A stretch of 32,000 bases of DNA from Desulfotalea psychrophila LSv54. GTDB taxonomy: Bacteria; Desulfobacterota; Desulfobulbia; Desulfobulbales; Desulfocapsaceae. Made by a program: the position numbers and the translations under genes. The stretch lies in NCBI RefSeq assembly GCF_000025945.1, contig NC_006138.1:3030001-3062000 (forward strand), given 5' to 3'. Below the pieces are notes generated by a model, which did not search any database, was not told the origin of the DNA, and was given only the letters and a program-made list of their open reading frames with translations. Shown here in pieces: positions 25,943-32,000 of this stretch; the stretch's first letter is position 1; every line of letters begins with the position of its first letter.

Positions 25943-26530
25943 TTAAGCAGAAAAGACCAAACCACAATCCGGGCAGCAGGGCTGACCAGTGGTAAAGAGA
26001 TGGCCACAGGCCGGACAGCTGTTCTCCCGGCGACCCTCGTCTATAGCCCTATCCATTCCCACCAAATTATGGCTGGCAAGATGGGTTGATTTTTGAAAAT
26101 CCTGATGGAGGATCTGGCTTGCCTCATCCCTATCAGTCTCTCGCACCTGTAGATAGAGCTGAGGGCCACCACAGCATTTACCCAAGGCCGGATCATCGGA
26201 CAGTAAACGGGCGGGAATCTCTACCCGGGCCAGAAGCGTCTTGAGATGTTTCATCTCCTTCATCGGCCCCTTCTGCAGGGTAAGCATCGCCTCATCATCC
26301 CTGAGCAGCATGGAACGCGGCGCTCTACCAATCATCTTTTGTTGAAGTAAGGAGCGTTTATACTCACCGGTTATAAGCTCCACATCACAGGAGACACAGT
26401 GGGTCATATCACCTCGATACTCTTCATCACAAACCGGACAGTACATCATCTCAATATCAATGGCCAGGACTGCATCCTGCTCTGAACAGGATGCCTTATC
26501 CCCGGCAAATATCCGTGCTAGAAAGCCCAT
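25943..26530 (-). CDS. Uncharacterised double zinc-ribbon protein
   Basis: CPVCDEEYRGDMTHCVSCDVEL near the N-terminus and CPACGHLFTTGQPCCPDCGLVF at the C-terminus; GGAG RBS 6 nt upstream of the ATG at 26530. Confidence 0.8.
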   Translation of the reverse strand: MGFLARIFAGDKASCSEQDAVLAIDIEMMYCPVCDEEYRGDMTHCVSCDVELITGEYKRSLLQQKMIGRAPRSMLLRDDEAMLTLQKGPMKEMKHLKTLLARVEIPARLLSDDPALGKCCGGPQLYLQVRETDRDEASQILHQDFQKSTHLASHNLVGMDRAIDEGRRENSCPACGHLFTTGQPCCPDCGLVFSA

Positions 26531-26615
26531 AAATCACTCCAAAAAAAGTATAGGGCAACCCCCCAAGAGATTTCTTAAGACATCGCCCTATGGATCATGC
26601 TAACAAACCGTCAGA

Positions 26616-27989
26616 CTAGAGAATGTAACGACTCAGGTCCTGATCTTCTGCAATTTCAGACAGTTGGTCACGCACATACTGGGCAGTTACCACAAATTCA
26701 CTCTCTTCACGCTCACAGGCATCAAAGGAGAGCACATCAAGTACCCGCTCAACCACGGTATGCAACCTTCTGGCCCCAATCTCCTCGGTACTCTCATTTA
26801 CCTGCACGGCAATGGTAGCTATCTCTTCAATAGCCTCGTCCTCAAAGCGAAGGGTCACACCCTCGGTTGCCAAAAGAGCTATATACTGCTTGGTAAGGGC
26901 ATTTTCTGGCTCGGTAAGAATACGAACAAACTCATCCTTACCCAGAGACTCAAGCTCCACCCTAATCGGAAATCGTCCCTGTAACTCTGGAATAAGATCA
27001 GAAGGCTTTGCTACATGAAAGGCTCCACTGGCAATAAAGAGAATGTGATCTGTCTTGACCATACCATATTTGGTAGAAACCGTGGCACCCTCAACAATGG
27101 GAAGGAGATCACGCTGGACCCCCTCACGAGAAACCTCAGGGCCATGGCTACTGCCACCCTTAGAGGCCACCTTATCAATCTCATCAAGGAAAACAATACC
27201 AGACTGCTCTGTTCTACGCAGGGCCTCTTTCAAGACCATCTCCATATCAACCAGTTTTTCCATCTCCTCTTTAGTGAGGACATCAAGGGCATCGGGCACC
27301 TTCATCTTGCTCTGCTTCGTCTTCTTGGGAAACATGCGGCTAAAGGCATCCTGGATATTTGACTGCATATCATCCATACCAGAAACACCCATTACCTCGA
27401 CCATGGGTGCCTGAGAGGTTTCTGTCACCTCAACCTCCACCTCACGCTCATCGAGTTTACCGTCACGAAGCATCTGACGAAATTTTTCTTTGGTGGAACT
27501 TCCCGCGGCAGACACATCAGCACTTGCCGGGAGAAGATCTACACTGGACTCCGAGTGAACAGGTGTCGGTGGTAGAAGTAAATCGAGAATACGATCTTCG
27601 GCATTTGCCTCAGCAAGACCTTCGATACGCTTTTTCTCCTCGTCCTTCACCATACTGATGGCAAGTTCCACCAAATCACGGATCATGGACTCAACATCGC
27701 GGCCGACATAACCCACCTCGGTAAATTTTGAGGCCTCTACCTTGATAAAGGGGGACTGAGCAAGACTTGCAAGTCTTCTCGCAATCTCGGTTTTACCCAC
27801 ACCGGTGGGTCCGATCATGATGATGTTTTTCGGAGCAATTTCTTCGCGCAGTGGAGAGGGGACCTGCTGACGACGCCAACGATTACGCAGTGCAATGGCA
27901 ACGGATCTCTTGGCTGCTGCCTGACCGACGATATATCTATCGAGTTCTGCGAGAGTTTCTTTTGGGGTAAGTGATGAGGAAATTGTCAT
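26616..27989 (-). CDS. hslU: ATP-dependent protease ATPase subunit HslU (ClpY)
   Basis: [33 protein letters not shown]; [15 protein letters not shown]; [10 protein letters not shown]; GRFPIRVEL. Confidence 0.98.
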   Translation of the reverse strand: MTISSSLTPKETLAELDRYIVGQAAAKRSVAIALRNRWRRQQVPSPLREEIAPKNIIMIGPTGVGKTEIARRLASLAQSPFIKVEASKFTEVGYVGRDVESMIRDLVELAISMVKDEEKKRIEGLAEANAEDRILDLLLPPTPVHSESSVDLLPASADVSAAGSSTKEKFRQMLRDGKLDEREVEVEVTETSQAPMVEVMGVSGMDDMQSNIQDAFSRMFPKKTKQSKMKVPDALDVLTKEEMEKLVDMEMVLKEALRRTEQSGIVFLDEIDKVASKGGSSHGPEVSREGVQRDLLPIVEGATVSTKYGMVKTDHILFIASGAFHVAKPSDLIPELQGRFPIRVELESLGKDEFVRILTEPENALTKQYIALLATEGVTLRFEDEAIEEIATIAVQVNESTEEIGARRLHTVVERVLDVLSFDACEREESEFVVTAQYVRDQLSEIAEDQDLSRYIL

Positions 27990-28537
27990 ATCTTTTCAAT
28001 AGTAGTAGAATGATTAGTAAATACGCAAATATCTGCGGCAATTTTCATGGATGCCTTAGCAATTTCATAGGCATCAAGGTCACTGTTATGAACAAGGGCA
28101 AGAGCTGCTGCCTGGGCATAATGACCACCAGAACCAATGGACAGAACCCCCGTATCGGATTCTATAACATCACCTGTTCCGGAGAGAAGCAGAGAATAAT
28201 CTTTATCGGCGGCAATCAGCAGGGCTTCAAGTTTTCTGAGCATCTTATCGGTACGCCACTCTTTGGCAAGCTCGACTGCTGCTCGCATCAGATTGCCATT
28301 ATACTGCTCAAGTTTTTCTTCCAGTTTATCAAAGAGGGTAAAGGCATCGGCAGTTGCACCGGCAAATCCAGTAATAACTTGATCATGGTACAAACGACGT
28401 ACCTTGCGAGCATTATGCTTCATCACAGTATTACCCATGGAAACCTGGCCATCACCGGCAACTACCACCTCACCCTTATGGCGAATAGCCAGAATTGTCG
28501 TTGATCGTATCTTTTCTTGGTCTCTTTTGTTTTTCAC
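27986..28537 (-). CDS. hslV: ATP-dependent protease catalytic subunit HslV (ClpQ)
   Basis: [39 protein letters not shown]; [17 protein letters not shown] start at 28537 chosen (AAAGG RBS) instead of the longer 28582 ORF; 4-nt overlap with hslU. Confidence 0.96.
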   Translation of the reverse strand: MKNKRDQEKIRSTTILAIRHKGEVVVAGDGQVSMGNTVMKHNARKVRRLYHDQVITGFAGATADAFTLFDKLEEKLEQYNGNLMRAAVELAKEWRTDKMLRKLEALLIAADKDYSLLLSGTGDVIESDTGVLSIGSGGHYAQAAALALVHNSDLDAYEIAKASMKIAADICVFTNHSTTIEKI

Positions 28538-29244
28538 AGTATACCTTTTTTCAATCCTCGGATAGGTTCGGCCAAAGGCCAACCCATATCCTCTTGTTAT
28601 TGCAGGGCGGTAGATAAACCGACCTGCCTCTGTTGCAATTATTTATTGGCAAAGCCCCCTCACATCAAGATCAAAGAGATAGGAGGGAGGGCTGGAGATA
28701 AGATTGATTCAATGGATAATCACAATAAAAACAACTCTGCGACCAATCGAATCCTTCTCCTATCTCTTGTGCCAACCCTAAGCATTTCTTCTATGAAATC
28801 AAGATGACTGATCTTTTCCACCAAATTCAGCAAGAGTGGAGATGCGATTTATCCCATCTCATATGGGCAAAATTTCTTCTTTACCAAAGAGACCACTATT
28901 CCATCCCCCCCTACTCCCCCCCATGGCAAGGACAAAGATCAAGCAAAGCCAACAGAGAAAGAGACTTAAAACCGGCAGGATTCCAAGCAGAAGACTCTGC
29001 TACGACAAATTTCTACCCCGAGACTTCTCTCTTTTTTTTCATTCTGATAAGCAGCTTTATAAAAATATGTGCTATAGTAACGTTTTTATAGAGGGTGGTC
29101 TTTCACCTTATGATAAACTGACTGATATTATTGAAAATTCACCTACAAAATAAATTACAGAGAAGAACTCGATCAGAGCCACCTGTTCTGAACGAAAATT
29201 CCCGATGACCCGACCGTCTTTTCACAAGAGGAGCGCCCCCTGTC

Positions 29245-29466
29245 ATGGCAAAAAGAACCTTTGAATCTTCACTGAGCAAACTTGAAAAAATCACAGAAGA
29301 ACTTGAAAGTGGCGAATTAAGTCTCGAAGGAAGTCTGAAAAAATTCGATGAGGGCATCCAACTCGCCCAGTTCTGCAATGAACAACTTGAAGGGGCCCGG
29401 GCAAAGGTAGAAATACTGATGAAAAAAGATGGCAAAGTTCAGGCAGTCCCCTTCGAAGAAGAGTAA
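29245..29466 (+). CDS. xseB: Exodeoxyribonuclease VII small subunit
   Basis: [58 protein letters not shown]. Confidence 0.96.
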
Positions 29467-29508
29467 TCCCTGTTCTGGCAATTAAAGACCTACAAACCAG
29501 GAAAAACA

Positions 29509-30405
29509 TTGAATATAAAAAATTATCTTGAGCAAAAGCGAAGCCTTGTTGAAGAGGCCATGGATCGTTTTATGCTCGAAGAATCTGGGCCCTTCAAAAA
29601 ACATATAGAGGCAATGCGTTACAGCCTTTTTGCAGGCGGAAAACGAATTCGCCCGATACTCTGTCTAGCCGCAGCAGACAGCATCTGTGCGCAGGAGAGA
29701 ACACAAGAAAACCTCCTTCCCGTTGCCTGCGCGCTTGAATGTATTCACACCTACTCCCTCATCCATGATGACCTACCAGCCATGGACGATGATCAATTAC
29801 GCCGAGGAAAGGCGACGAACCACGTTCTTTACGGCGAAGCAGGAGCCATTCTCGCAGGAGACGGTCTACTCTCCTGGGCTTTTGACCTGATCGCCGATAG
29901 AGGTAAGGGTAACCTGACCGCTGAAAAACGACTTGATATTTGCCATATGGTGGCCAGAGCAGCAGGATCCCTCGGCATGGTAGGAGGGCAGCAACTCGAT
30001 ATTCAAAGCGAAAACAAAGAGATCGATTTTGACACCCTAGCCACCATTCACCGCAGCAAAACGGGAGCCCTAATAACCTGTTCTATAATGAGCGGGGCCA
30101 TTGGTGCCGGAGCAAATGCCAAACAACTCCACGCCTTGGAAGAGTACGGCAATAATATTGGTCTTGCCTTTCAGATCATCGATGATCTGCTGGATGCAAC
30201 GGCGACCACAGAGGAGTTGGGCAAGACGGCAGGCAGTGATGCTGAACATGGCAAGGCCACCTATCCCCTCTTTTTCGGTATCGACAAGACCCGGGAAAAA
30301 GCAAAAGCAGCCGTTGACAATGCCATAAAAGCCCTCACCTTATTTGATCATAGGGCAGATCCTCTGAGAGGACTTGCCAACTATATATATTCCCGAACCA
30401 ACTAG
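29509..30405 (+). CDS. ispA: Polyprenyl synthetase (farnesyl/geranylgeranyl diphosphate synthase)
   Basis: [17 protein letters not shown]; [24 protein letters not shown]; [14 protein letters not shown] (FARM/SARM Asp-rich motifs). Confidence 0.95.
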   Translation: MNIKNYLEQKRSLVEEAMDRFMLEESGPFKKHIEAMRYSLFAGGKRIRPILCLAAADSICAQERTQENLLPVACALECIHTYSLIHDDLPAMDDDQLRRGKATNHVLYGEAGAILAGDGLLSWAFDLIADRGKGNLTAEKRLDICHMVARAAGSLGMVGGQQLDIQSENKEIDFDTLATIHRSKTGALITCSIMSGAIGAGANAKQLHALEEYGNNIGLAFQIIDDLLDATATTEELGKTAGSDAEHGKATYPLFFGIDKTREKAKAAVDNAIKALTLFDHRADPLRGLANYIYSRTN

Positions 30406-30428
30406 CCACAACCCAAGGCTATAAAACT

Positions 30429-32000
30429 ATGTTACAACAAGCACAGACCACCTCCAGGAACACGCTACTTGACAGAGTTGACTCCCCAAAAGATATCCGT
30501 CAACTGACTCATGATGATCTCATCATTCTTGCAGCTGAAATCCGTGAAAAAATCATTGACACCGTTTCCAAAACTGGTGGCCACCTTGCCCCAAGCCTCG
30601 GAGTTGTTGAGCTCACCCTCGCCCTGCACTATGTCTTCAATACCCCAACGGACAAACTGGTCTGGGACGTAGGACACCAAAGTTACGCCCATAAAATTTT
30701 AACAGGGCGCAGGAAACAATTTGATACCCTGCGCCAGTACAGAGGTATGAGTGGTTTCCCCAAAAGGGGAGAGAGTGACTACGATGCCTTTGAGACAGGA
30801 CATAGCTCCACCTCTATCTCTGCCGCCTTGGGCATGACCCTCGCTATGGATCTGCTTCAACAGGACAATAAGGCTATTGCTGTTATCGGTGATGGCTCCA
30901 TGACGGCAGGCATGGCCTTTGAGGCACTCAACCACGCAGGCCATCTCGACAAGAATCTGATTGTTATCCTCAACGATAACGAGATGTCCATCTCGCCCAA
31001 CGTCGGCGCCCTCTCCAGTTTTCTCAGCAGAAAACTTACCGGTAAGACCATGCGCCGAGTAAAATCCCATCTGGTAGAAAAATTACAGGATTCGGATGTG
31101 GGAGAAAACATCCTCAACGTCCTGCGTAAGAGTGAAGAGAGCTTTAAAAGCTTTTTCACCCCAGGAATGCTCTTTGAGGCCTTTAAATTTGACTATATCG
31201 GCCCCATCGATGGCCATGATATTGACGCTCTGATCTCCACCCTGAATACCGTTCGCGATACAGCAAAGGGCCCTGCCCTCATCCATGTCCTCACAAAAAA
31301 AGGCAAAGGGTACCTGCCGGCAGAAGAAAACCCCGACGCCTTTCATGGTGTTGGCCCATTCAACCGACAGACAGGCAAGATTATTAAAAAGAAGGGACCG
31401 GCAAGCTACACCACTGTTTTTGGCCAGACCATGCTTGAGCTGGGGAAAAAAAATAAAAACATTGTGGCTATCTCGGCCGCCATGGTTGCCGGCACCGGTC
31501 TTACCCCGTTTTCTGAGGCCTACCCCGATCGTTTTTTCGATGTAGGCATAGCAGAACAGCATGCCATAACCTTTGCAGCAGGTCTTGCCTCGCAGGGAAT
31601 GCGCCCCGTAGTGGCCATCTATTCCAGTTTTTATCAACGGGCCATGGATCAAATTATCCACGATGTCTGCATCCCCAATCTGCCCGTTACCCTAGCCATA
31701 GACCGGGCAGGAGTGGTCGGCGATGATGGGCCAACCCATCACGGCATATTTGATATTTCTTTTTTACGATTTATCCCCAATCTAACCATCATGGCGCCAA
31801 AAGATGAGGCCGAACTCCAACAGATGCTGGTTACCGCAACCGGCCATGATGGCCCAACGGCAATTCGCTATCCGCGAGGTGCCGGGGAAGATGTAAGCAC
31901 AAGTCAAGAAATAGAGAGTATCCCCATCCTTGAAATAGGCAGGGGCGAACTGCTACGGGAAGGCGACGACATCCTCCTCCTCCCCATCGGCAACCGTGTT
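30429..32000 (+). CDS. dxs: 1-deoxy-D-xylulose-5-phosphate synthase (3' end outside the window)
   Basis: Translation from ATG 30429: [94 protein letters not shown]..., open to the window end; no stop, hence absent from the ORF track. Confidence 0.96.
   Translation, partial: MLQQAQTTSRNTLLDRVDSPKDIRQLTHDDLIILAAEIREKIIDTVSKTGGHLAPSLGVVELTLALHYVFNTPTDKLVWDVGHQSYAHKILTGRRKQFDTLRQYRGMSGFPKRGESDYDAFETGHSSTSISAALGMTLAMDLLQQDNKAIAVIGDGSMTAGMAFEALNHAGHLDKNLIVILNDNEMSISPNVGALSSFLSRKLTGKTMRRVKSHLVEKLQDSDVGENILNVLRKSEESFKSFFTPGMLFEAFKFDYIGPIDGHDIDALISTLNTVRDTAKGPALIHVLTKKGKGYLPAEENPDAFHGVGPFNRQTGKIIKKKGPASYTTVFGQTMLELGKKNKNIVAISAAMVAGTGLTPFSEAYPDRFFDVGIAEQHAITFAAGLASQGMRPVVAIYSSFYQRAMDQIIHDVCIPNLPVTLAIDRAGVVGDDGPTHHGIFDISFLRFIPNLTIMAPKDEAELQQMLVTATGHDGPTAIRYPRGAGEDVSTSQEIESIPILEIGRGELLREGDDILLLPIGNRV

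Noticed and set aside
27986-28582. Longer HslV start at 28582
   Set aside because: The extra 15 residues ([15 protein letters not shown]) precede the normal N-terminus, and a GTG with a good RBS exists at 28537, close to the processed TT site of HslV.
28804-29153. Overlapping ORFs 28804..29091 and 28836..29153 (+)
   Set aside because: They use different frames of the same sequence, have low-complexity/basic composition and show no recognisable motif; neither is supported as a gene.
29883-29905. GCCGATAG sigma-28-like -10 inside ispA
   Set aside because: No matching TAAA -35 at 15-16 nt and fully within coding sequence unrelated to motility.
30699-31661. Minus-strand ORFs (31083..31661, 30699..31070, 30857..31159) opposite dxs
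   Set aside because: dxs is well supported by motif and runs through the region; these are antisense shadows.
1-32000. Search for CRISPR arrays, transposases/IS ends, tRNA/rRNA genes, phage or toxin-antitoxin/defence modules
   Set aside because: No regular direct-repeat/spacer structure, no transposase or integrase-like ORF and no RNA gene pattern were visible by eye; the window is nearly fully occupied by flagellar and housekeeping genes.

Overview
This window is a dense flagellar/motility locus, almost entirely on the + strand. In order it carries partial motA, motB, fliL, fliM, fliN, fliO-like, fliP, fliQ, fliR, flhB, flhA, flhF, flhG, fliA, a small coiled-coil ORF, flgF, flgG, flgA, flgH, flgI, flgJ (rod-binding domain only), an uncharacterised ORF, flgM, flgN, flgK, flgL, csrA, fliW and fliC. 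A perfect bidirectional terminator hairpin closes this block. It is followed by a minus-strand zinc-ribbon protein and hslU/hslV, then + strand xseB, ispA and a 3'-truncated dxs. Gene content and order look like a polar-flagellum locus of a Desulfobacterota-type bacterium (a Desulfotalea-like organism is an inference). I found no CRISPR array, mobile element, RNA gene or defence system. The most interesting non-routine signals are: (1) FlgL (757 aa) and flagellin (857 aa), both enlarged by repeated beta-rich insert modules with a similar pattern; (2) a fliC leader with a well-spaced sigma-28 promoter and several GGA motifs, next to csrA-fliW; (3) two more sigma-28-like promoters, upstream of flgF and of the orf-flgM unit; (4) a conserved-looking unknown gene between flgJ and flgM; (5) a C10 homopolymer inside a hairpin between fliR and flhB. 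I see no strong evidence for a wholly new multi-gene system.
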